A stretch of 64,000 nucleotides of DNA from Cyclobacteriaceae bacterium (GTDB lineage: Bacteria > Bacteroidota > Bacteroidia > Cytophagales > Cyclobacteriaceae): assembly GCA_040216915.1 (NCBI GenBank), contig JAVJOD010000001.1, positions 42,787 through 106,786 of the forward strand, read 5' to 3'. Shown here one piece after another: positions 55,552-64,000 of this stretch (position 1 is the first letter of the stretch; every line of letters starts with the position of its first letter). The notes under the pieces were generated by a model. That model made no database searches. It was not told the origin of the DNA and was given only the letters and a program-made list of their open reading frames with translations. A program made the position numbers and the translations under genes.

Positions 55552-56292
55552 ATGAAAAATAAGCAAAAGTCAGTTTTAATATTTCTCCTTATTTGGAGCG
55601 CTGGTTTGCTTACGTCACTGCATGCACAAAGCCCAGAAGCGAACCTCAAAATAAAAGATGCGGATTCCCTCTTTGCCCAAAAAATGTACACGCAATCCTT
55701 TGAAATCTATAAGGCGATATTCGATCAAAAAATGTACTCGCAAGCGATGCTATTAAAGATGGCATTTATTCAGGAAGGTCTGGGTCACCTGAGCCAGTCA
55801 ATGTACTACCTGAACCTTTACTATCTCGCTTCTGACGATGAACAGGCGCTTGTGAAAATGGAAAAGGTGGCTTCTGAAAATAGACTGAGCGGCTACGAAG
55901 GAAACCAAATGGACCTTTCGCACATGCTTCAGGAGAATTTTGTATCCATTTCGCAGGTGCTTATGGGCCTGACCGTCTTCTTCTTTTCGCTGATGATCTA
56001 TCAAAAGCGAATATCTGACAAACGACCGTACATACTTGGGATTTCTGCGCTGGTCACTATAGGGCTACTTTTTCTACACATTAACTTCAGCGATACTTTA
56101 AGCAAAGGCATAGTTGCCAACGATGCCACCTATGTGATGAGCGGACCTTCTGCCGGATCTTCTGTATTAAGCATTATCAACGAAGGCCACCAATTGGAGA
56201 TACTCGATCGAAAAGACGTTTGGCTAAAAGTGAAGTGGAGAGAGGGCGAAGCCTATATTAAAGACGACCAATTGCTGAAGATTGAGCTCTGA
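55552..56292 (+). CDS. membrane protein with N-terminal TPR-like region and C-terminal bacterial SH3 domain
   Basis: Signal peptide and helical repeat, two TM helices, and C-terminal ..V.SGPS.GS.VL..I.EG..LEILD....WLKV.W..GEAYI (SH3b-like). Confidence 0.6.
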   Translation: MKNKQKSVLIFLLIWSAGLLTSLHAQSPEANLKIKDADSLFAQKMYTQSFEIYKAIFDQKMYSQAMLLKMAFIQEGLGHLSQSMYYLNLYYLASDDEQALVKMEKVASENRLSGYEGNQMDLSHMLQENFVSISQVLMGLTVFFFSLMIYQKRISDKRPYILGISALVTIGLLFLHINFSDTLSKGIVANDATYVMSGPSAGSSVLSIINEGHQLEILDRKDVWLKVKWREGEAYIKDDQLLKIEL

Positions 56293-58965
56293 TCAATATC
56301 GGATTGAAAGCGCCCCTTTATACTCTTTGTTAGAATACTTAATCAGATAGTAGTATACGCCAGCAGCCTCATTTTTGCCAAGCCATTTGAAATTGCGGTC
56401 CGTACTTTCAAACACTTCCTTTCCCCAGCGATTATATACTCTGATGGCCTGAAACTGCGACACACAATTATCAAGCGGCAATATGTTTTCAAGTTCTCCA
56501 TCTTGGTTAAGTCGCTCCATTGAATAGTAGTCGTTAATTTGATCATCATTGGGACTGAAAAAATTGATGGGCACAAAACCCGTATCATCCGAGACAATAT
56601 CTTTAATGGTAACATCCACCGACAGTGTATCCGCCTTGGCGTTAAAGCACCTGCCGTCATTGAGCGCAAAGGTAAAGGTGTAATTATTTTCATACACTCC
56701 ATTTTCAAAGATGGAACAGTCAGGATTCCAACTAAAGGTAGTGGAAACAGACCCAGTTCCCTCAGCTGGCGCAAACACAAAGCCCGTGGGATTTACATTA
56801 CCTTCCGCAGCAATCATCTCCAATCGAATCGAGTCCTGCGGAGAGAAATCTACATCACTCCCTTGCAAACCCAGTACGATTTGCTCTCCTCGGGTTACAG
56901 AAATTGCATTGTTAGTCAGCACAACATTTTCATTGAGACTGTTGATCACCATAGTTGGCTTTAAATTGTCAGGAGGCAACAAGGTGACTTCAACCTCCAC
57001 CGTGTCAGCCTTATAAATTCGACATTTATTCTGATCATCAATTACCAAAAATTGAAGGTCAACAATGCTCTGGTTTTCCAAATCAAGCTTTTCACAGAGT
57101 AAATCCCAATGCACCTTCGATTGTAAACTTGTATTTCCTTCTTTCTTTTCAAATGATATTCCATAATTATCCAATGAATCAACATGGTCAATACCTAGTG
57201 CGTCACTGCGCAAAAAGTCCAAGACAAGAAAATCATTGTCAACGAGATCTTCCCCTGTCACATCAAAGGTGAGGGATTGAAATACCTTTCTCTCAATTCC
57301 CGTCACAAGTCGTTCGGCAGGGTTTAGGGTGAGGTCAGTATCAATTATTGGGTCAGCATTTCCCGGAAGTATCACGTTAAAATTGTAAATCGCTTCAATA
57401 GGCTCATTAAGTTCACACTGATCCTGATCATTTACTAGGATCTTCACTTGAAAGGAGGTCCGTTGCGTGAAGTCGTAGATATCGCAAAAAGCATCCCAAG
57501 ACAGTTGACCAACCACCCTGCCAAGATCATCAATCACCGGTGTGTAGGTAATCCCTGCTTCTTGAAGCACAAAACCGTCAGTGACTACAGACACCAACAG
57601 TGCATCCGCATCATCATCGCGCGCTTCAAATACCAGTGGTCCTGATTGTTGGCCTTCAAGTAACACTGTATTTACAGGAGAAGAGGAAATGAAGTAAGGA
57701 TCAACGTTGGGTGGAGGCTGCACGTCCACAGTTATCTTGAGCGTATCCAGTAACGGCAAACTACAGGCATCATCCATCGCAATAATTCCTATTTCAGCAG
57801 GGCCTCCAAGAAAGAACGGACATACTGGAAAGCATATAGTGAAATCCTTAGAACTTCCATTCGTCAGCGTGGCTGTGACTTCTGCGGGAAACAGCTCGGG
57901 GATATCTTTGTCATTAAAATTCAACCCCACTGCACGCACCCTGATATTCTCCGTAAAATTGTACGCAGGATCTGTGGAGTCATCATCCGTCACGGTGACT
58001 GTAATACATCTTGCTGCGCCTACATCGGTATGATCCAGCAGTACCGAAGTGGGACCTGTAATCGTAGGAGGCACCGCTGGGGAGCAACCATCCACCACCA
58101 GCATTTGAAAATCCCTTCGATTGACCCCAATTAACTCCTTATTTCGGTATTCCCTGATCTGCACAGCAAAAACAAAAAGGCCTAAAGTGGTGGGGGTTGC
58201 AGTCAGCAGACCGTCAGTGCTAATCCTGAGGTCGGGAGCTCCATTAATAATGTTGTCATCATTGAAGCCTGGCCGCCAAGTCACCACCGGGTATGGTCTC
58301 GACTGAATCGCTGGAAGTGCAACCTGGGAATGTGTATTGAGTGGTGTAGAGAGAGAGTAGACCAGTGAATCGCCATCATCATCTACGCCTGCAAAATCAA
58401 CATAGTAGGGTCGATTTGGGCAGGCGAAATCATTCAAGGGAGGAAACAGTCTGGGTGACGAGTTTATGAATGGCTCGCCATTTCTTACCACTGGAGGAAA
58501 TTCAAGATAAAAAGTTTGGCCAGCGGCCACCCCACCGGATGCCGGATCCTGACTAAAAATATTACTAATGGTGTAATTACGGCAACACCGCTCCCATGCT
58601 ACATAGTAGCCCTCTTCTTCATCGAAAACTTCTGGATCTAGGGTAAGGGTGGTTGTATAAATTAATTTATCTGTAACGATCTCACCGTTGGAACATTCTG
58701 GCTGCGTGTAATCCACACTACTCTCAGAATCCAATAGTAATACGACACTAGAAATAAATGTATCGTTACTTTTTCTGAAAATCGACACAGTAGCATTAGG
58801 ATCCTTGGCACCAGGTGCGCCATTTATCCTATCAAAATATATAATCAGATTGAGGCGATACGTATTGCCACTGACGTGTAGTAATTCGAATTCACCACCT
58901 ACGATATGAGAGGCAAACAACTCCCCACAGCACAGGCACAATATTGCCAGTAAAAACTTCTTCAT
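56293..58965 (-). CDS. large surface protein with T9SS type-B (gliding-motility-associated) C-terminal sorting domain
   Basis: Signal peptide. C-terminus FSPNDDQINDYY.....IRVYNRWGKEVFES......W.GKN...AGVYYYLIKY is typical of the CHU_C/type-B sorting domain. Confidence 0.85.
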   Translation of the reverse strand: MKKFLLAILCLCCGELFASHIVGGEFELLHVSGNTYRLNLIIYFDRINGAPGAKDPNATVSIFRKSNDTFISSVVLLLDSESSVDYTQPECSNGEIVTDKLIYTTTLTLDPEVFDEEEGYYVAWERCCRNYTISNIFSQDPASGGVAAGQTFYLEFPPVVRNGEPFINSSPRLFPPLNDFACPNRPYYVDFAGVDDDGDSLVYSLSTPLNTHSQVALPAIQSRPYPVVTWRPGFNDDNIINGAPDLRISTDGLLTATPTTLGLFVFAVQIREYRNKELIGVNRRDFQMLVVDGCSPAVPPTITGPTSVLLDHTDVGAARCITVTVTDDDSTDPAYNFTENIRVRAVGLNFNDKDIPELFPAEVTATLTNGSSKDFTICFPVCPFFLGGPAEIGIIAMDDACSLPLLDTLKITVDVQPPPNVDPYFISSSPVNTVLLEGQQSGPLVFEARDDDADALLVSVVTDGFVLQEAGITYTPVIDDLGRVVGQLSWDAFCDIYDFTQRTSFQVKILVNDQDQCELNEPIEAIYNFNVILPGNADPIIDTDLTLNPAERLVTGIERKVFQSLTFDVTGEDLVDNDFLVLDFLRSDALGIDHVDSLDNYGISFEKKEGNTSLQSKVHWDLLCEKLDLENQSIVDLQFLVIDDQNKCRIYKADTVEVEVTLLPPDNLKPTMVINSLNENVVLTNNAISVTRGEQIVLGLQGSDVDFSPQDSIRLEMIAAEGNVNPTGFVFAPAEGTGSVSTTFSWNPDCSIFENGVYENNYTFTFALNDGRCFNAKADTLSVDVTIKDIVSDDTGFVPINFFSPNDDQINDYYSMERLNQDGELENILPLDNCVSQFQAIRVYNRWGKEVFESTDRNFKWLGKNEAAGVYYYLIKYSNKEYKGALSIRY

Positions 58966-59044
58966 AAGTGAGCCAATGCGAAATATAACGATTGTCGCTC
59001 AGGGTCAAACCCCCCATTATTGCGTATTTTGGCAACACTAATTT

Positions 59045-60466
59045 ATGAGAAAAGGAGACAACCTCACTGACCTATTCATAGAAACAATTGCAGCAGAAGG
59101 CAAATGCATTGCCAAAGTTGACGGAATGGTGGTGTTTTTGAAAGGTGGAGCTCCTGGTGATTCTGTAGAAGCCATCGTAACCAAAGTCAAAAAAAGTTTT
59201 GCAGAAGCACGAGTGACCAAGATTATTAAACACTCAGCGCAAAGAGCCGAACCGTTCTGCAAGCATTTTGGCACTTGCGGAGGTTGTGTTTGGCAACATA
59301 TTAATTACGAAACGCAGCTCTTCTACAAAGAAAAGCAAGTGATCGACAATTTGGAACGCATCGGTGAACTGAAGTTTTCTGAATCCCGGCCAATTTTAGG
59401 TTCAGAAAAAACCAAACTATACCGCAACAAACTTGATTATACCTTCACCAAAGAAGAATGGTTGACCTGGGAGGATCTCCAAGACGGCAAAGAGAAAGGT
59501 CCAGGCCTGGGATACCACATTCCGAGGAAATTTGATCAAGTCTTTGATGTAAAAGAATGTCATCTTCAGCCTGAGCCATCAAACAGCATTCGCCTTGCCC
59601 TAAAGGTGGAGACGCTCAAACTAAATATTCCATACTTCGACCTTCGAAGTCAGGAGGGTTTCCTGCGAACAGTGACTATACGAACATCGACCTCTGGAGA
59701 AACAATGGTCATCCTGCAGGTCACCAGGAATAAAAAGGAATGGATTGATTCGCTTCTTCAAAAATTAGCTGATCAGTTTCCGACCCTCACTTCTATCAAC
59801 TATGTCATTAACAACAAGAAGAACGACACTTTCAGCGACCTGGAGGTAATCTCCTGGAAAGGCAATTCCTACATCACCGAAATCATGCCATTGCCACGCG
59901 GTGAAAAAACTTTGCAATTTAGAGTTGGGCCAAAGTCCTTCTACCAAACCAACTCAGAGCAAGCACATGCACTTTATAAGATTGTGTGGGAACTTGCGCA
60001 AATTCAAAAAAACGAGGTAGTGTATGACCTCTATACCGGCACGGGCACCATCGCCAATTTTGTGGCGGCAGATGCCAGGAAAGTGATAGGATTAGAATAC
60101 GTGCCCGATGCCATACGTGATGCCGTAGTCAACTCAGAAATTAATGACATTCACAATACCCAGTTTTTTGCTGGCGATATCAAAGATCTTCTGAACGATA
60201 CTTTTCTAGAGGTCCACGGGCGGCCTGATGTCATCATCACCGATCCGCCAAGAGCGGGAATGCACGAAAATGTTTCTAAAATGATACTCAAAGCGGAGCC
60301 CAACAGAATCGTGTACGTCAGCTGCAACCCTGCCACTCAAGCGCGAGACCTTAAAATTCTTTCTGAGAAATACGAAATAGTGCTGGTACAGCCTGTGGAT
60401 ATGTTCCCCCATACCATGCACGTAGAAAATGTAGTGAGCCTGCAATTGAGGGCTTCCGACCTTTAG
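59045..60466 (+). CDS. rlmD: 23S rRNA (uracil-C5)-methyltransferase RlmD/RumA family
   Basis: N-terminal TRAM-like barrel, Fe-S motif CKHFGTCGGCVWQH, SAM site DLYTGTGTI, and catalytic SCNPAT. Confidence 0.87.
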   Translation: MRKGDNLTDLFIETIAAEGKCIAKVDGMVVFLKGGAPGDSVEAIVTKVKKSFAEARVTKIIKHSAQRAEPFCKHFGTCGGCVWQHINYETQLFYKEKQVIDNLERIGELKFSESRPILGSEKTKLYRNKLDYTFTKEEWLTWEDLQDGKEKGPGLGYHIPRKFDQVFDVKECHLQPEPSNSIRLALKVETLKLNIPYFDLRSQEGFLRTVTIRTSTSGETMVILQVTRNKKEWIDSLLQKLADQFPTLTSINYVINNKKNDTFSDLEVISWKGNSYITEIMPLPRGEKTLQFRVGPKSFYQTNSEQAHALYKIVWELAQIQKNEVVYDLYTGTGTIANFVAADARKVIGLEYVPDAIRDAVVNSEINDIHNTQFFAGDIKDLLNDTFLEVHGRPDVIITDPPRAGMHENVSKMILKAEPNRIVYVSCNPATQARDLKILSEKYEIVLVQPVDMFPHTMHVENVVSLQLRASDL

Positions 60467-60605
60467 ACAAGCCGCTCAACTCGCAGTATTTGAGGACCAT
60501 ACCTAACACTCGTTAAATACAGTAGTTAACTTTTTTCCAACCGTTTATTTGAATGAATGCAAAAAAATGTCCAATCTTGTGGGACAGCACTTCTAAAAAG
60601 TGAGT

Positions 60606-60707
60606 ATGAATTTAGTAAGTCGATACGGAATACATAATACTTTGATCAATCTGATCGCAGGTGTGCTGGTCATTATTAGTGTCATTATTCTCCGAAAACC
60701 GGGATAG
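60606..60707 (+). CDS. candidate branched-chain leader peptide MNLVSRYGIHNTLINLIAGVLVIISVIILRKPG
   Basis: 33 codons, with 13 of 17 residues Ile/Leu/Val between 60642 and 60692. Sits in the 355-nt gap upstream of ilvE and ends 31 nt before a strong terminator. Confidence 0.55.
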   Translation: MNLVSRYGIHNTLINLIAGVLVIISVIILRKPG

Positions 60708-60738
60708 GTGGTCTAATAACAACGAAATTGAAATTTAA

Positions 60739-60780
60739 CCGCCCCATCCCGATAGAATCGGGAGGGGCGGTTTTGTTTTA
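60739..60780 (+). terminator. intrinsic terminator (attenuator) in the ilv leader
   Basis: CCGCCCCATCCCGAT-AGA-ATCGGGAGGGGCGG (14 bp plus one bulged A) followed by TTTTGTTTTA. It ends 41 nt before the ilvE ATG. Confidence 0.72.
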
Positions 60781-60821
60781 TCGGGGGGTTAACAAACTAA
60801 CGATTGTTTTAAGAAAACTTT

Positions 60822-61709
60822 ATGTATTACAACAACGACACAATTCTCTTCATTGACGGCCGCTTCGTAAAAGCTTCTGAAGCCAAAGTTGATTTCTTCA
60901 GCCAAACACTACACTATGGGTATGGTGTTTTTGAGGGTATTCGAGCCTATCAAACGGTAAATGGCGTCAAAATTTTTAAAGCGTTTGAGCACTACGAGCG
61001 ACTGAAGCACAGCGCTAAGCTTTTAGGCATTCCATACAATTATGACACGGAAGAATTGATTCAAGCAACCTACCAGGTGCTGGAAAAGAACAATCAGGGC
61101 AATGCGTACATTCGACCACTACTCCTGTGCGACAGCAACATGTCGTTGACGGGGGCAAAGGAAGCCACGCTGATGATATCGACTTGGGAATGGGGCAAGT
61201 ACTTTGGTGAAGAGCAACTTAAAATCTGCGTTTCTACCTACCAGCGACCCAACCCTAAATCCACAAAGATTCAGGCAAAAGCCTGCGGTCATTATGTGAA
61301 TTCCATTCTCGCTTCAAGAGAAGCGAAAGAGCGTGGCTTTGATGAAGGCCTGCTACTGGACATGGAGGGGTTTGTTGCCGAAGGGCCTGGGGCAAACTTC
61401 TTCTATGAGAAGGATGGGATTTTGTACACGCCTCCGCTTGGAAACATCCTTCCGGGAATTACACGCCAAACCATTTTAGAAATATGCAAGGAGCTCGATC
61501 TGCGTGTAGTGGAGAAACTCTTTAAGCCAGAGGATCTCTTCGATGCAGACAGTGCATTCTTCTGCGGCACTGCAGCCGAGGTGACTGCCATTGAGTCCAT
61601 AGAAGGTCAGGTATTTGCCAAGCCTTGGAAAGAATCAATGGGCGCCATCATCAAAGAAGCTTACCGGAGTCTTGTGCTTGACAAAAGCTACAGCTACGTA
61701 ATCGTTTAG
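60822..61709 (+). CDS. ilvE: branched-chain amino acid aminotransferase (class IV)
   Basis: 295 aa with a fold-type IV pattern (YG.GVFEGIRAY, E.GPGANFF, GITR). Confidence 0.9.
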   Translation: MYYNNDTILFIDGRFVKASEAKVDFFSQTLHYGYGVFEGIRAYQTVNGVKIFKAFEHYERLKHSAKLLGIPYNYDTEELIQATYQVLEKNNQGNAYIRPLLLCDSNMSLTGAKEATLMISTWEWGKYFGEEQLKICVSTYQRPNPKSTKIQAKACGHYVNSILASREAKERGFDEGLLLDMEGFVAEGPGANFFYEKDGILYTPPLGNILPGITRQTILEICKELDLRVVEKLFKPEDLFDADSAFFCGTAAEVTAIESIEGQVFAKPWKESMGAIIKEAYRSLVLDKSYSYVIV

Positions 61710-61715
61710 GGCGAG

Positions 61716-63395
61716 ATGGCACTCAACAAATACAGTAAGACCTTTACACAAGATCCCACCTTGCCCGCAGCGCAGGCCATGCTTTATGGTATTGGACTGA
61801 CTGAGCACGACCTGACAAAAGCCCAGGTGGGAATTGTGAGCACAGGCTATGATGGCAACACCTGCAACATGCATCTCAACGCGTTGGCACAAGAGGTAAA
61901 GCAAGCCGTTTGGGATCAAGACTTAGTGGGATTGGTTTTTCACACCATTGGTGTCAGTGATGGGATGGCAAACGGAACGGAGGGTATGCGATATTCTCTG
62001 GTGAGTAGAGAAGTCATAGCCGATTCAATTGAAACGGTTGTGAGCGCACAATACTACGATGGTCTTATCGCTGTAGTTGGATGCGACAAAAACATGCCCG
62101 GGTCACTAATTGCTATGGGTCGATTAAATCGTCCTGCCATAATGGTCTACGGAGGAACGATCAAAGGAGGTCATTGGAAAGGTAAGTCACTTAATATCGT
62201 ATCGGCTTTTGAGGCCCTGGGAGAAAAAATGGCAAACAACCTTTCCGATGAGGACTACAAAGGTATTATACAAAACTCCTGTCCAGGCGCTGGCGCGTGC
62301 GGAGGCATGTACACTGCCAACACGATGGCATCAGCCATAGAGGCTTTGGGAATGTCGCTTCCCTACTCTTCCTCAAACCCGGCATTAAGTAAAGAGAAAT
62401 CAGCGGAGTGCAAAAGCGCCAGTGAGTCCATCCGGTATTTATTAGAGAAGGACATCAAGCCGAGTGACATCATGACCATGAAGGCATTTGAAAATGCAAT
62501 CACCATCGTGATGGCCCTGGGAGGATCAACCAATGCCGTGCTGCACCTTATTGCAATGGCGCGCTCAGTTGGTGTAAAAATCACGCAGGAAGACTTCCAG
62601 CGAATTTCCGACAAGACACCACTTATTGCCGATCTGAAACCAAGCGGAAAGTACCTGATGGACGACCTGCATAAAATCGGAGGCACACCTCTGGTGTTAA
62701 GATATCTGCTTGACAAAGGATTATTGCATGGAGATTGTCTTACCGTCACGGGTAAGACAATGGCACAAAACCTCGAGGGTACTGCACCAATCGATTTTGA
62801 ATCTCAAGACATCATCTTGCCGCTGGAGAAGCCAATCAAAAAATCCGGTCATCTCCAGATACTCTATGGAAATCTTGCCGAGAAAGGATCGGTTGCAAAA
62901 ATTACCGGTAAAGAAGGCGAGAGGTTCAGGGGAACTGCTCGCGTCTTTAATGGCGAGTTTGAATTGATTGATGGCATCAAATCAGGGAGAATCAAAGAGG
63001 GGGATGTCGTGGTGATAAGGTATGTAGGACCCAAAGGCGCACCAGGAATGCCTGAAATGCTTAAGCCGACCAGTTTAATCATGGGATCAGGCCTGGGAAA
63101 AAGTGTGGCCCTGATCACCGATGGAAGATTTAGTGGCGGATCGCATGGTTTTGTCATTGGGCACATCACACCCGAGGCATTTGATGGTGGTTTGCTGGCT
63201 TTGGTTGAAGATGGTGACCTGATCGAAATTGATGTCAGCAAACATCAGATCAATTTGCTGGTGGACGAGAAAACGATAGCCACAAGAAGAAGGAATCATA
63301 AAGCACCAGCCCTGCGCGTGCAAAGTGGAGTGCTCTATAAATATGCCAAACAAGTAAAAACTGCTGCGGATGGATGCGTTACTGACGAAGACTGA
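61716..63395 (+). CDS. ilvD: dihydroxy-acid dehydratase
   Basis: 559 aa with [24 protein letters not shown] and [11 protein letters not shown] motifs. Confidence 0.95.
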   Translation: MALNKYSKTFTQDPTLPAAQAMLYGIGLTEHDLTKAQVGIVSTGYDGNTCNMHLNALAQEVKQAVWDQDLVGLVFHTIGVSDGMANGTEGMRYSLVSREVIADSIETVVSAQYYDGLIAVVGCDKNMPGSLIAMGRLNRPAIMVYGGTIKGGHWKGKSLNIVSAFEALGEKMANNLSDEDYKGIIQNSCPGAGACGGMYTANTMASAIEALGMSLPYSSSNPALSKEKSAECKSASESIRYLLEKDIKPSDIMTMKAFENAITIVMALGGSTNAVLHLIAMARSVGVKITQEDFQRISDKTPLIADLKPSGKYLMDDLHKIGGTPLVLRYLLDKGLLHGDCLTVTGKTMAQNLEGTAPIDFESQDIILPLEKPIKKSGHLQILYGNLAEKGSVAKITGKEGERFRGTARVFNGEFELIDGIKSGRIKEGDVVVIRYVGPKGAPGMPEMLKPTSLIMGSGLGKSVALITDGRFSGGSHGFVIGHITPEAFDGGLLALVEDGDLIEIDVSKHQINLLVDEKTIATRRRNHKAPALRVQSGVLYKYAKQVKTAADGCVTDED

Positions 63396-64000
63396 TAAGA
63401 AAAAGCAAGAAGTGTCTCAAAATATTTCTGGCTCGGAGGCCTTGCTGCAATGTTTGGTGGCTGAAGGGGTAACAACACTCTTCGGATATCCGGGCGGTGC
63501 CATCATGCCAGTGTACGATGCACTCTATGGTTATAAAGATCAACTCAATCACATCCTTGTTCGCCATGAGCAAGGCGCAGTACATGCCGCGCAAGGATAT
63601 GCAAGGGTTTCCGGAGAAGTGGGTGTGGCCATAGCTACTTCAGGGCCGGGCGCCACCAATCTCATCACCGGTCTGGCTGATGCTTTGATAGACTCAACTC
63701 CCATTGTTTGCATCACCGGACAAGTATTCAGTCACCTGCTGGGCACCGATGCGTTTCAGGAAATTGATGTGGTTAACACCACCAATCCGGTCACGAAGTG
63801 GAATGTGCAAATCACTGAGGCGAAAGACATCGCTGAGGAAGTAGCAAAAGCATTTTACATCGCTCGATCTGGAAGACCAGGGCCGGTATTGATAGACATC
63901 ACCAAAAATGCGCAAAACGAAATTCTCGAAACTTTTAAATACACAAAGTGCGAAGAAGTAAGAACTTACAAGCCTACCCCTCCCCTTCAACTTCAGCAAG
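63370..64000 (+). CDS. ilvB: acetolactate synthase large subunit, 3'-partial (runs off the window)
   Basis: The frame is open to nt 64000. TPP-enzyme N-terminal domain [32 protein letters not shown]...[30 protein letters not shown]. The start is either ATG 63370 (overlapping ilvD by 26 nt) or GTG 63412. Not listed in the ORF track because it has no stop. Confidence 0.88.
   Translation, partial: MDALLTKTDKKKQEVSQNISGSEALLQCLVAEGVTTLFGYPGGAIMPVYDALYGYKDQLNHILVRHEQGAVHAAQGYARVSGEVGVAIATSGPGATNLITGLADALIDSTPIVCITGQVFSHLLGTDAFQEIDVVNTTNPVTKWNVQITEAKDIAEEVAKAFYIARSGRPGPVLIDITKNAQNEILETFKYTKCEEVRTYKPTPPLQLQQ

Noticed and set aside
60553-60603. First small ORF in the ilv leader (MNAKKCPILWDSTSKK)
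   Set aside because: It is not enriched in Ile/Leu/Val and is not positioned to affect the terminator. The second ORF (60606..60707) is the better regulatory candidate.
63379-63999. Minus-strand ORFs 63379..63594 and 63694..63999
   Set aside because: They lie antisense to the clearly recognisable ilvB N-terminal TPP-binding domain, whose plus-strand frame is open to the window end.
1-64000. Scan for CRISPR arrays, IS elements, integrases, phage genes, toxin-antitoxin pairs and known defence-system signatures
   Set aside because: I found none by eye. There are no spaced direct-repeat arrays, no DDE/tyrosine/serine recombinase-like ORFs, and no reverse transcriptase or obvious nuclease/ATPase defence pairs. 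The only mobility-like signal is the GIY-YIG/tRNA-Leu locus.

Overview
This window looks like a chromosomal segment of a Bacteroidota genome, probably Cytophagales-like. That assignment is an inference from a T9SS type-B (gliding-motility) C-terminal sorting domain protein, a TPR/HisKA_2 kinase paired with a LytTR regulator, and a GIY-YIG ORF beside a tRNA. I count about 57 protein genes and 2 tRNAs (Leu-GAG, Lys-UUU). I found no rRNA, CRISPR array, transposase or integrase. Housekeeping blocks are pyrR-pyrB, a CBS-domain cysteine-synthase-like enzyme, the aromatic operon pheA-aminotransferase-tyrA-DAHP synthase/chorismate mutase, ilvE-ilvD-ilvB (3' end cut by the window), rlmD, sufS-sufU, and terC. 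Envelope and accessory blocks are as follows. A tightly packed minus-strand run holds alpha-2-macroglobulin (thioester GCIEQ), a small Cys protein, an aldo/keto reductase, an SNF transporter and PBP1C. There are two tandem OmpA-type paralogs with an N-terminal SPOR-like module. An ECF sigma / HEAT-repeat anti-sigma operon carries three DUF4097-like paralogs. A TPR kinase, a LytTR regulator and an orphan LytTR domain sit upstream of a PKD/beta-helix lipoprotein, an unknown secreted protein and an ankyrin lipoprotein. The most interesting observations that can be read directly are four. (1) Two leader-peptide attenuators: an FYFWYYFF leader upstream of pheA and an Ile/Leu/Val-rich leader upstream of ilvE, each with a terminator and a competing antiterminator. 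(2) A GIY-YIG mini-cassette with an in-frame TAA, bracketed by a duplicated 3' end of tRNA-Leu. (3) A cytoplasmic Asp-box propeller coupled to a MoaD/ThiS-like protein ending in GG, next to an orphan XdhC and SufS/SufU. (4) A sigma-factor gene whose sigma-2 region has no canonical start codon. All functional calls rest on motif recognition by eye. No database searches were run.
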